A stretch of 63,740 nucleotides of DNA, counting the filler, from Octopus bimaculoides (lineage: Eukaryota): assembly GCF_001194135.2 (NCBI RefSeq). It is 7 parts of 6 records of this genome, joined end to end, with 100 filler letters (N's around TTAATTAATTAA, not from the genome) between each part and the next. Parts side by side here need not be neighbours in the genome. Positions count along the whole stretch, not along the records: positions 1 to 11,818 come from NC_069008.1; positions 11,919 to 18,624 come from NC_068990.1; positions 18,725 to 40,389 come from NC_068987.1; 4 more parts are not named here. One strand, written 5' to 3'. Under the pieces are notes generated by a model, which worked only from the letters and a program-made list of their open reading frames with translations, was not told the origin of the DNA and searched no databases. Numbering within the stretch: the first letter of the stretch is position 1; the number at the start of each line of letters is the position of its first letter. This document shows positions 11,785-22,519 of the stretch, piece by piece. A program made the translations under genes and the position numbers.

Positions 11785-12092
11785 GACACATGTATGCACA
11801 CAATTGCAGCCGTATATTNNNNNNNNNNNNNNNNNNNNNNNNNNNNNNNNNNNNNNNNNNNNTTAATTAATTAANNNNNNNNNNNNNNNNNNNNNNNNNN
11901 NNNNNNNNNNNNNNNNNNTATTGTCCTCTATTGCGTTTTTGTTCCATTTTAAAAATATTTATCTACACACACACACACACACTGTATATTCAACCCAAGC
12001 TGTTATATTTAATCTGTTTCTCCGTATAATTGCCTCCATATCTGCTCACCCGGATTCTTCTTCTTGTCACTCTTTACTTCCAGACGTTGTAG
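1242..12092 (+). CDS. CAPN: Calpain-family cysteine protease gene, multi-exon and 5'-incomplete: CysPc plus C2-like domain III, no PEF domain seen
   Basis: Exons 1242-1308, 3298-3457, 4874-5042, 6008-6091, 6375-6460, 6977-7054, 7673-7754, 8880-8979, 9806-9933, 10697-10905, 11561-11591, 12084-12092 all have AG/GT boundaries and compatible phases. Calpain motifs: [56 protein letters not shown] (catalytic His), LRNPWG (catalytic Asn), [27 protein letters not shown]. Paralogue not identifiable. Confidence 0.95.
1338..1650. repeat. (ACAG/ACGG)n tetranucleotide array
   Basis: Direct inspection. Confidence 0.9.
3298..3457 (+). CDS. Calpain exon [13 protein letters not shown]...LLEKAYAK
   Basis: ttgcag| ... 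gccaa|gtaag; hallmark CysPc motifs. Confidence 0.97.
4240..4716 (-). mobile_element. Penelope-like element remnant (linker plus GIY-YIG endonuclease) in a calpain intron
   Basis: Minus-strand translation across frameshifts: [20 protein letters not shown]...[11 protein letters not shown]; [42 protein letters not shown]. This is the C..C...YIGQT...L..R...H signature of Penelope GIY-YIG. Confidence 0.85.
4874..5042 (+). CDS. Calpain exon (K)[23 protein letters not shown]...SMFSCAI
   Basis: gaag| ... att|gtaagt; phase 2 to 0, fits both neighbours. Confidence 0.93.
5371..5631. repeat. About 100-bp inverted repeat; each arm carries a hammerhead-ribozyme-like motif (Penelope pseudo-LTR-like)
   Basis: Arms 5371-5470 and 5525-5631 are reverse complements. 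Both read CTGAAGA-GACCCA-GATCCAA-TGGGTC-GAAAC (+ copy 5546-5576; - copy 5421-5451). Confidence 0.75.
6008..6091 (+). CDS. Calpain exon with catalytic His ([10 protein letters not shown])
   Basis: ctcag| ... aag|gtaagt; 84 nt, phase 0/0. Confidence 0.93.
6375..6460 (+). CDS. Calpain exon with catalytic Asn ([16 protein letters not shown])
   Basis: ttgcag| ... gattc|gtaagt. Confidence 0.97.
6501..6870 (+). mobile_element. tRNA-derived CORE-type SINE (octopus OR-like), full length
   Basis: Head ggctgtgtggtaagaag (A box) and ggatcagtccc (B box); CORE-like ggcaagtgtctt; internal (TA/TG)n; tail gctccagcatggccgcagtcaaatgactgaaac..taaaagaa. Many copies in the window. Confidence 0.85.
6977..7054 (+). 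CDS. Calpain exon [25 protein letters not shown](W)
   Basis: ttgaag| ... ttctg|gtaagg. Confidence 0.95.
7121..7482. repeat. Compound (AGT/AGC/AAC)n trinucleotide array in a calpain intron
   Basis: Direct inspection; source of the poly-S/V/T/Y ORFs. Confidence 0.97.
7673..7754 (+). CDS. Calpain exon (W)[27 protein letters not shown]
   Basis: ttcacag| ... gag|gtcagt; end of CysPc. Confidence 0.92.
7830..8030 (+). repeat. Dispersed repeat with a hammerhead-like core; other copies at about 335-530 and 10995-11125
   Basis: Shared GAGCATAGGCTCGAAA hairpin, preceded by CTTT-CTGnnnA and followed by GT(A/C)-AAA; shared downstream aaactaat..cacc..cttgtt..acacctgtcttcgt in two copies. Confidence 0.75.
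8880..8979 (+). CDS. Calpain exon [33 protein letters not shown] (start of domain III)
   Basis: ttgacag| ... aaag|gtgagg; W...G.W....T.GG motif. Confidence 0.9.
9207..9569 (+). mobile_element. RTE-clade LINE reverse-transcriptase fragment
   Basis: [22 protein letters not shown]...[32 protein letters not shown]...[15 protein letters not shown]; degenerate. Confidence 0.88.
9806..9933 (+). CDS. Calpain exon [13 protein letters not shown]...GTHLYK
   Basis: cctcag| ... aag|gtcagt; NPQY motif. Confidence 0.93.
10697..10905 (+). CDS. Calpain exon LKPGYP...[11 protein letters not shown]...[14 protein letters not shown]
   Basis: cgacag| ... atcag|gtgatt; domain III C-terminal motifs. Confidence 0.93.
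11561..11591 (+). CDS. Calpain 31-nt micro-exon (R)[10 protein letters not shown]
   Basis: ccattgcag| ... ccg|gtaagg; phase 2 to 0, compatible with the previous exon. Confidence 0.75.
11819..11918. other. Artificial assembly spacer N44-TTAATTAATTAA-N44; also at 18625-18724, 40390-40489, 56943-57042, 59322-59421, 62558-62657
   Basis: Six identical 100-nt cassettes; the palindromic 12-mer gives TAA in all six frames. Confidence 0.97.
12084..12092 (+). CDS. Putative calpain terminal exon (T-L-stop)
   Basis: Strong polypyrimidine acceptor (ttcttcttcttgtcactctttacttccag|) then ACG TTG TAG. It lies beyond an assembly spacer, so it is tentative. Confidence 0.5.
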   Translation, partial: TL

Positions 12093-12233
12093 TCTGAGTT
12101 CGGATCATTTGAGCGCTGCTAAGTGTCTTTTATACGGAGAAGCTCTGGATCTCATCTGTTGACTATGTATGATATTTATATGCGCGTGTGTGTGTGTGTG
12201 TAAGTGTGCGCATACACACACACNNNNNNNNNN

Positions 12234-12296
<63 letters not shown>

Positions 12297-13287
12297 TAAA
12301 AACATTGTCGTTCCTGAATTTAAAAGACACACTTTGAATGTTAATTATGAATTTATGAACGACAAGGGAAAAGGTCCAGGAGAAACCAACGTTTTACAAG
12401 TGCTTTTCATAGATATATATTAAGAGTACATAAAGATATACTCTAAGATAAGACTACATAAAGATGTATACTAAGAGTACTCTAAGAGTACACACAGATG
12501 TACTCAAGAAGTTTACCAGGATATTTAATAACGAAAAACCGCGTAAGCCAGCATTTTTTTCTTCTTCAAAAATTAAAAAAAACTATATTTACTCGACGTT
12601 TGTTTGGCAGTCCGAAATACTTACTATTGTCCGGTGTGTTGAAGGGAAGTGGTGTACAAATGCCTTTCCCTCCCCACTCACCTATCTCCAACTTTATCCC
12701 GACCCCAGGTGTTCAGAAAGATGTTTGCACCAAGCAAACATCGACCCTTGGGTAGTCTTCGTTCGTCATTCAGGTGTCCATCTAATACACTTCTAACCCG
12801 TTCGACTCACCTTGTCTGGCCAACAACCCCTTCCTCCCAGCCTCATCAGGATTTCAATGCAGAGGCCCCTGGGTGGTGGGGTCGCGTTAGTTTACATTCT
12901 GATAGAGCACACACACTGTGTAAGCATAACATCCACTAAATCCTTCCCTTCCTCCCTCACCCACCCCCTTCTTTCAACATTTCTCCCTCCACCCCCTAAA
13001 TAAACACGTTAGGAATGCTGGGGAGAAGCGGTGAGGTGGAAAGGGGCTGGTTATAGGGGACACTAATCTCCCTTCCACTGCCTCCTCACTCTCCTTCATC
13101 TGATAAATGAAGCCAGAGTTCTAAGTTCGTCCCCTGGCGGAGAAACCGAGCAGAACTCGCACTTCTTAAACAATATTTGAATTCCGGAAATGACGTGGAT
13201 TGTGTGTGTGTGTGTGTGTGTGTTCGGTGTTATATGTATATATGTATGCATGGTGTATGTGTGCGCATGTGTCTATATATTTAAAAT

Positions 13288-13326
<39 letters not shown>

Positions 13327-15518
13327 GTGTAAATACGAGTATTCCTTTTCCCGCTCCCTCCCCACGCAGCTGTATGTTGGATCGGCAGCCGTACAAAGGA
13401 TGTTTCGTTCTTCTAAACAAACTGGATTCTTTACAAGACAAGACCACATCGCAGACATAATTCCTGAATGCAACCAACAGGAAGACACGCACTCAGCAAC
13501 AACAGCCAGCTCCCCCTCTCTCTCTCTAGTCTATTTACTTTAAAACACGCACACACGCGCGCGCACAGTTAGATACATAGACAAGAGATACATCAGGCTG
13601 GACAGGTAAACTGGAAAAGATGATAGTAGTAGTAATAGTGGTGATGGTGGTGGTGTTTCCTAGACCAAGTCATCCTTGATCGATTAAGAACTTTAACCAA
13701 AGACGTTCCAGTCGTGACCATCCATCTTTTATTGAAGATATCCTGTATATGTTTCCTGTTGTTTGTTCAGTTTTCAAGACAATAGGATTTGACTGCTATT
13801 TCTAGCATGTGACGAGACCGTAAAAGGCCCATCACTTTTTGTTTAACCCTGATCGACCAGATCTACGATTTGAACGCGTTCCAGTCGTGACCAACGCATT
13901 TATTGTAAATATTCCATCTGCCTGAGACTACATTGTCAAACGTCATTACTTTTTTTTGATCATGAGAGACTTGGCTGCTATTTTTAGCTGGACGATTGAC
14001 CTTGTAGAGGTCACCCCTGTTGTATGTTGTGACGTGGAGGTAACGGATGATCCACCTGTTGATTGGTGGGGGTCACGGAAAGGGAATTACGATTAAACTC
14101 TTTAAGGAATTGGTTCTTTTGCTCGGCGAAGGCTGGGTTATCTCTTTTGGGGTTCATGTTTTGCCTCCCAGAGTGTCTTTGACTCACTTCAGTGATATAA
14201 TGGAGGGGAGGGGAGGGAGAGATATTAAGGGGGTGGGTGAGGAGAAGAGAGTTTAAGAAAAAGAAGAGAAGGGAAAAGATAATGACAAGGGGGTGGGGAA
14301 GAGAGACAGAGGACAAGAAATTAAAAAGGAGGGAGAGGNNNNNNNNNNNNNNNNNNNNNNNNNNNNNNNNNNNNNNNNNNNNNNNNNNNNNNNNNNNNNN
14401 NNNNNNNNNNNNNNNNNNNNNNNNNNNNNNNNNNNNNNNNNNNNNNNNNNNNNNNNNNNNNNNNNNNNNNNNNNNNNNNNNNNNNNNNNNNNNNNNNNNN
14501 NNNNNNNNNNNNNNNNNNNNNNNNNNNNNNNNNNNNNNNNNNNNNNNNNNNNNNNNNNNNNNNNNNNNNNNNNNNNNNNNNNNNNNNNNNNNNNNNNNNN
14601 NNNNNNNNNNNNNNNNNNNNNNNNNNNNNNNNNNNNNNNNNNNNNNNNNNNNNNNNNNNNNNNNNNNNNNNNNNNNNNNNNNNNNNNNNNNNNNNNNNNN
14701 NNNNNNNNNNNNNNNNNNNNNNNNNNNNNNNNNNNNNNNNNNNNNNNNNNNNNNNNNNNNNNNNNNNNNNNNNNNNNNNNNNNNNNNNNNNNNNNNNNNN
14801 NNNNNNNNNNNNNNNNNNNNNNNNNNNNNNNNNNNNNNNNNNNNNNNNNNNNNNNNNNNNNNNNNNNNNNNNNNNNNNNNNNNNNNNNNNNNNNNNNNNN
14901 NNNNNNNNNNNNNNNNNNNNNNNNNNNNNNNNNNNNNNNNNNNNNNNNNNNNNNGCAATTTAGGTCTTAATAGACACAAGATGTGATCTATTTCTAGCAC
15001 ATTAATTGTCCACGTTAGTGGTCAACGTTATTTTAAAAAATGTACCTTAATCCCCTGAGATTGCAGATATTATTTCTGAATCTCTTTGATTCTTTAGATG
15101 TGCTGGCCTCCTGATAATTAATCGATATTAATTAATATATGATTAATTACCATATTTTATAATAATATATATATATATATATGTATATATATGCATGTAT
15201 ACACACATGTATAGACACATACATGTGTTATTATATATATCTGCATTACACACACACACACATACACATATATATATATATATATATATATTGTACGTGC
15301 ACATATACATACATATATAGACACGTATATATACACGTATATAGACATATACACAAATACATTTATGGCCACGTCCATCACAGCATTATAACGAAGTTTC
15401 CTTAATTTTAGTCTCCCTTTTAAACATACATACATACATACATACATTCTTACATATATATATATATATATTCATTCATCCACACGTACATGCATTCATT
15501 CCTTCATTCACACATACA

Positions 15519-15554
<36 letters not shown>

Positions 15555-17220
15555 TATTCATTCATCCACACATACATGCATTCATTCTTTCATCCACACA
15601 TACATACATACATACATACATTCATACATATATNNNNNNNNNNACATACATACATACATTCATACATATATATATATATTCATTCATCCACACGTACATG
15701 CATTCATTCCTTCATCCACACATACATACATACATACATACATACATACATACATACATTACATACATACATACATTCATACATATATGTATTTGTATTT
15801 ATGTATTTATGTGTTTCAGCCAAGTGACTGCGGTCATGCTGGTGCACCACCGTGATTTTCACGTTCCTTGCATGGCTCTTTTCCCCCACCTGACATGGTC
15901 CAATCAAGAGTTTTGATGGCACATCTGGTGTATAAGAGAATTTGACACAGCTGCCCTAAACTGCGTCTNNNNNNNNNNNNNNNNNNNNNNNNNNNNNNNN
16001 NNNNNNNNNNNNNNNNNNNNNNNNNNNNNNNNNNNNNNNNNNNNNNNNNNNNNNNNNNNNNNNNNNNNNNNNNNNNNNNNNNNNNNNNNNNNNNNNNNNN
16101 NNNNNNNNNNNNNNNNNNNNNNNNNNNNNNNNNNNNNNNNNNNNNNNNNNNNNNNNNNNNNNNNNNNNNNNNNNNNNNNNNNNNNNNNNNNNNNNNNNNN
16201 NNNNNNNNNNNNNNNNNNNNNNNNNNNNNNNNNNNNNNNNNNNNNNNNNNNNNNNNNNNNNNNNNNNNNNNNNNNNNNNNNNNNNNNNNNNNNNNNNNNN
16301 NNNNNNNNNNNNNNNNNNNNNNNNNNNNNNNNNNNNNNNNNNNNNNNNNNNNNNNNNNNNNNNNNNNNNNNNNNNNNNNNNNNNNNNNNNNNNNNNNNNN
16401 NNNNNNNNNNNNNNNNNNNNNNNNNNNNNNNNNNNNNNNNNNNNNNNNNNNNNNNNNNNNNNNNNNNNNNNNNNNNNNNNNNNNNNNNNNNNNNNNNNNN
16501 NNNNNNNNNNNNNNNNNNNNNNNNNNNNNNNNNNNNNNNNNNNNNNNNNNNNNNNNNNNNNNNNNNNNNNNNNNNNNNNNNNNNNNNNNNNNNNNNNNNN
16601 NNNNNNNNNNNNNNNNNNNNNNNNNNNNNNNNNNNNNNNNNNNNNNNNNNNNNNNNNNNNNNNNNNNNNNNNNNNNNNNNNNNNNNNNNNNNNNNNNNNN
16701 NNNNNNNNNNNNNNNNNNNNNNNNNNNNNNNNNNNNNNNNNNNNNNNNNNNNNNNNNNNNNNNNNNNNNNNNNNNNNNNNNNNNNNNNNNNNNNNNNNNN
16801 NNNNNNNNNNNNNNNNNNNNNNNNNNNNNNNNNNNNNNNNNNNNNNNNNNNNNNNNNNNNNNNNNNNNNNNNNNNNNNNNNNNNNNNNNACATACATACA
16901 TACATACATTCATACATATATATATATATTCATTCATCCACACGTACATGCATTCATTCCTTCATCCACACATACATACATACATATATCTCTCTCTCTA
17001 TAGCTACATATTATATAATACGCCAATATGTGCGTCCATTCACACAGTCAGATATGCCTATAATAATGCGTCTGTATAAACATACTCATGCACACGTACA
17101 GTCATACAGTCATACACGTAGATCTTCTTCTCTGTACTCATAGCCCCCGAACCCTCCCTTTCCAATGGAGTATTCTTTTATCAGTTTTTACACCTGCACA
17201 AATAACACAACTCAAGACCA

Positions 17221-17271
<51 letters not shown>

Positions 17272-18406
17272 NNNNNNNNNNNNNNNNNNNNNNNNNNNNN
17301 NNNNNNNNNNNNNNNNNNNNNNNNNNNNNNNNNNNNNNNNNNNNNNNNNNNNNNNNNNNNNNNNNNNNNNNNNNNNNNNNNNNNNNNNNNNNNNNNNNNN
17401 NNNNNNNNNNNNNNNNNNNNNNNNNNNNNNNNNNNNNNNNNNNNNNNNNNNNNNNNNNNNNNNNNNNNNNNNNNNNNNNNNNNNNNNNNNNNNNNNNNNN
17501 NNNNNNNNNNNNNNNNNNNNNNNNNNNNNNNNNNNNNNNNNNNNNNNNNNNNNNNNNNNNNNNNNNNNNNNNNNNNNNNNNNNNNNNNNNNNNNNNNNNN
17601 NNNNNNNNNNNNNNNNNNNNNNNNNNNNNNNNNNNNNNNNNNNNNNNNNNNNNNNNNNNNNNNNNNNNNNNNNNNNNNNNNNNNNNNNNNNNNNNNNNNN
17701 NNNNNNNNNNNNNNNNNNNNNNNNNNNNNNNNNNNNNNNNNNNNNNNNNNNNNNNNNNNNNNNNNNNNNNNNNNNNNNNNNNNNNNNNNNNNNNNNNNNN
17801 NNNNNNNNNNNNNNNNNNNNNNNNNNNNNNNNNNNNNNNNNNNNNNNNNNNNNNNNNNNNNNNNNNNTTAATTAAGAACGAAGATATCCGCCAGAGATTT
17901 GGTTTATCCTTTGATGTTAGATCGGAACTTAAACAAGATCAACTACACACACACACATATATAGACACATGCATGCAAACGTACATATATATGCACACAC
18001 ACACAAACATACACCACTGTATATGTGTGTGTCTGTGCGCGCGTGTGTGTGTGTGTATGTGTGTGTATGAATGTATGTACGGACGTATGTATGTATGTAT
18101 ATATATATATATATGTGTATGCATGTATATGTGTGATATATGTATATATACATGTGTATATACATTACACACATATATGTACAAATAAATATGTGTATAT
18201 ATGAATGAAAGAGAATAACACCTGACTATGGAAGTCAAAAATGTGACAATATTAGAATAGGAGGGTGGATGGGTGGGTGAGTGATGGTCCCAGAGGGGGA
18301 TCTGGATGAGTAAGATAAATACTTTTGATTTGAATGGCGATTTTCAAAGGACGACTCTTAATGAAGAAACTCCTAGAACACAACAACAGCAACACATCAG
18401 TATCCT

Positions 18407-18437
<31 letters not shown>

Positions 18438-18770
18438 TGTGTGTGTGTGTGTGTGTTGTTGTTGTTGTTGCGGCCGCTTGGCCAAAAGTTCTGACGTCAC
18501 AAGGGGGTGGAAGACTATGTGGACGTCATGGTGTGACATCAGACAAGGTGACACCATAACGACTGACTATAATTTGTGAACAGTGTTTCTGCAGCAACTT
18601 CTCTCTCTCTCTCTCTCTCTCTCTNNNNNNNNNNNNNNNNNNNNNNNNNNNNNNNNNNNNNNNNNNNNTTAATTAATTAANNNNNNNNNNNNNNNNNNNN
18701 NNNNNNNNNNNNNNNNNNNNNNNNATCTTTTTGTTTTTATATATTTACATATACATATATATATATATAT

Positions 18771-19359
18771 AAACAATATATGAGTATATCCATATATATG
18801 TACATGTATGTACAATACCTTCATCTACATGTACATATAGATACATATCTGGGTACATGACGATGCAAAAAGACATGGACAAATTGATAACCAAGGTACA
18901 AAAGCACACAGGCCACATAGAGAACATATCCTTCATCAGCTCACACCATTAAAACACCGGCGTTTCGAAGAGTTAGGGCAGAACGCATCGTTAAAATGGC
19001 TCTTCCCACGAACACAAATTAGATTTGTTCCATTGAGGATAGTGGCGGACGGAAAACAAGACAGGAAAATGGAACGGTGTAATAAACAAACAAAAAGGCT
19101 GTACAGCCAGACGTGGAGAAGTATGTGTATATTGAACGCTGTGAAGCACAATCTGGAGAGGCGAAGATGTGCGTGCGAAGCTTAGGGAGTCCAAGACCGA
19201 AAAGAAATGGCAACTGGACACATGTGACCAGCGAGGGACAGGGAAAATTAGTGGCAGAGGGAGAAGAAGGTGAGTAAGTAGAATATAAGTGAGCAACGAG
19301 AGGTAGAGAAGGAGAGAGATAGTAGTAGTGACGGGGCGAGGCGAAAGACGAGCAACGGG

Positions 19360-19394
<35 letters not shown>

Positions 19395-19696
19395 TGACAG
19401 GGAGAGGCGAAGAACAGTAGAGGGAAGAATGAGAGGGGGAGTTAGATACAAAGATAGAGAAAGTCGCGTCAGAAAAATAAAGTTCAAAACTTACTTGTAA
19501 GGGTAACGCGTGCGTTCGATCGTGTGATACAAACAATATATTAGTATATGCATATATATGTACATGTATGTACATACCTTCATCTACATGTACAAATAGA
19601 TACATATCTGGGTACATGACGTTGCAAAAATACATGGACAAAATGATAAACAAGGTATAAAAAACACGCAGGCCACATAGAGAACATATCCTTCAT
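18771..19696. repeat. 166-bp direct repeat pair (18771-18936 and 19531-19696), period 760 bp
   Basis: Both copies run aaacaatatat.agtatat.catatatatgtacatgtatgtac...gagaacatatccttcat with scattered substitutions. Confidence 0.9.
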
Positions 19697-20393
19697 ATAT
19701 NNNNNNNNNNNNNNNNNNNNNNNNNNNNNNNNNNNNNNNNNNNNNNNNNNNNNNNNNNNNNNNNNNNNNNNNNNNNNNNNNNNNNNNNNNNNNNNNNNNN
19801 NNNNNNNNNNNNNNNNNNNNNNNNNNNNNNNNNNNNNNNNNNNNNNNNNNNNNNNNNNNNNNNNNNNNNNNNNNNNNNNNNNNNNNNNNNNNNNNNNNNN
19901 NNNNNNNNNNNNNNNNNNNNNNNNNNNNNNNNNNNNNNNNNNNNNNNNNNNNNNNNNNNNNNNNNNNNNNNNNNNNNNNNNNNNNNNNNNNNNNNNNNNN
20001 NNNNNNNNNNNNNNNNNNNNNNNNNNNNNNNNNNNNNNNNNNNNNNNNNNNNNNNNNNNNNNNNNNNNNNNNNNNNNNNNNNNNNNNNNNNNNNNNNNNN
20101 NNNNNNNNNNNNNNNNNNNNNAAAACCATACATATGTTTGGTAATATTAATCCTGTAGGTACTGAAATAAATCATTTTATTATTAACATTCGAAAAATGA
20201 TACATTGTTTCTTTCGCATTATGTAATTGTATTTTATATGTGCTGGAAATATTTAATCTCATAAAATATCGTATTTGTATGCAGTAAAGAAACAATTTTT
20301 GAGATATATAATAAGTATTTGCATAACAGCAGATGTGATGAGAGATTTAAACGTCTGAGACTGATGAATTTTTAGTTATTGCAAATTGAAAAC

Positions 20394-20465
<72 letters not shown>

Positions 20466-21648
20466 TTTGTGTGTGTATGTATATGTATATGTATACATAT
20501 ATACATACATACATACATGCATACATACACATACACACACGCCTGTGTGAATGAATTTTTCCTTCCGTATAAAACCTATAACGCATTTTGTTTGAGTATA
20601 CGAGACTTCAATACAAATCGAGCTTTTCGTATTCTTTTAATTTTATTATATATCTCCTCAATGTTGGAATTTACTTCCTGCAGGAATGAGTAAGCTTTAT
20701 TTGAACTAAGAAGAAACTTCAGCAAAGTTTTCTGTTATTTACTATATAGTGGTATATGCTAACATTTTCGCTTATAGATATTATATGTTTTTGAGTATGT
20801 ATTGTGGTATCACGAACCCTTTATTCAGTTTATATATGCCCTCCGAATATTCAAAACCACAATATCAGCTGACAAATACGAATACTCTAAGTAAAATCCC
20901 TTAGGGCTATTCTCCTATTTAACTACAGCAATACAGGATGTGTCTTCATACTAGCCTCGGGCATAAACCCGCTTGATACTTAACGCTATATAGTCTTGTT
21001 TATCCAACAGAGTTGCAATGATTATTATGCCTGATAGGTTGCTAACATAACGATGGTGTAATTTATAACCCTACGATGTATCACATTTATATCAATTTCT
21101 ATTATGTTCAGAAATGTATTTGTTGCTTCAAACATTTTCGTCTAATTACTTGGCACGAGTTATGTAATTGACATCTACTTACGTATTTATCTGTCTGTCA
21201 GTCTGTCTTTCATTCTCTCCTCTCTTTCCTATATATAAGTATGTAAAATGGTTATATGTATTTATGTGTGTATGTATATTATATATGTGTGTGTGTGTAT
21301 GTACATGTGTGGGGGTGCGTCTGTGTAGATGAGCGTGCGCACACAGACATACTTATGCATAATATATTTTGTTTATACAGTTTGATGTACGACTGCTACT
21401 GGTAAGTTTAGAGCTCCACGTAGAATATCATCATCCAGTGTGCTTTCAGTATAGCGATGTTTTTTTTTTTTTCTGTACTTAGTAGTGATAATGTATATGA
21501 TAATAGCAATTGTTAAATTATTTCTTCTAAATTTCGATGGGAATAAATGATACAATATTAGGTGTTTCATAATTTCTCCTATTCACACACACACGCACAC
21601 ACACGCACGCACGCGCACGCGCAAGCACGCACAAGCACGCATATATGC

Positions 21649-21679
<31 letters not shown>

Positions 21680-22485
21680 TNNNNNNNNNNNNNNNNNNNN
21701 NNNNNNNNNNNNNNNNNNNNNNNNNNNNNNNNNNNNNNNNNNNNNNNNNNNNNNNNNNNNNNNNNNNNNNNNNNNNNNNNNNNNNNNNNNNNNNNNNNNN
21801 NNNNNNNNNNNNNNNNNNNNNNNNNNNNNNNNNNNNNNNNNNNNNNNNNNNNNNNNNNNNNNNNNNNNNNNNNNNNNNNNNNNNNNNNNNNNNNNNNNNN
21901 NNNNNNNNNNNNNNNNNNNNNNNNNNNNNNNNNNNNNNNNNNNNNNNNNNNNNNNNNNNNNNNNNNNNNNNNNNNNNNNNNNNNNNNNNNNNNNNNNNNN
22001 NNNNNNNNNNNNNNNNNNNNNNNNNNNNNNNNNNNNNNNNNNNNNNNNNNNNNNNNNNNNNNNNNNNNNNNNNNNNNNNNNNNNNNNNNNNNNNNNNNNN
22101 NNNNNNNNNNNNNNNNNNNNNNNNNNNNNNNNNNNNNNNNNNNNNNNNNNNNNNNNNNNNNNNNNNNNNNNNNNNNNNNNNNNNNNNNNNNNNNNNNNNN
22201 NNNNNNNNNNNNNNNNNNNNNNNNNNNNNNNNNNNNNNNNNNNNNNNNNNNNNNNNNNNNNNNNNNNNNNNNNNNNNNNNNNNNNNNNNNNNNNNNNNNN
22301 NNNNNNNNNNNNNNNNNNNNNNNNNNNNNNNNNNNNNNNNNNNNNNNNNNNNNNNNNNNNNNNNNNNNNNNNNNNNNNNNNNNNNNNNNNNNNNNNNNNN
22401 NNNNNNNNNNNNNNNNNNNNNNNNNNNNNNNNNNNNNNNNNNNNNNATATATATATATCTGTGTATGTGTGTGTGTGTATTATAG

Positions 22486-22519
<34 letters not shown>

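Noticed and set aside
11863-11874. Recurrent palindrome TTAATTAATTAA
   Set aside because: It is always centred in an N44/N44 cassette, so it is an artificial linker.
13100-13460. Faint EF-hand-like strings (minus SFPEFKYCL; plus MLDR...LLNKL) as possible calpain PEF exons
   Set aside because: Wrong strand or no DxDxxG loop, and no compatible splice path.
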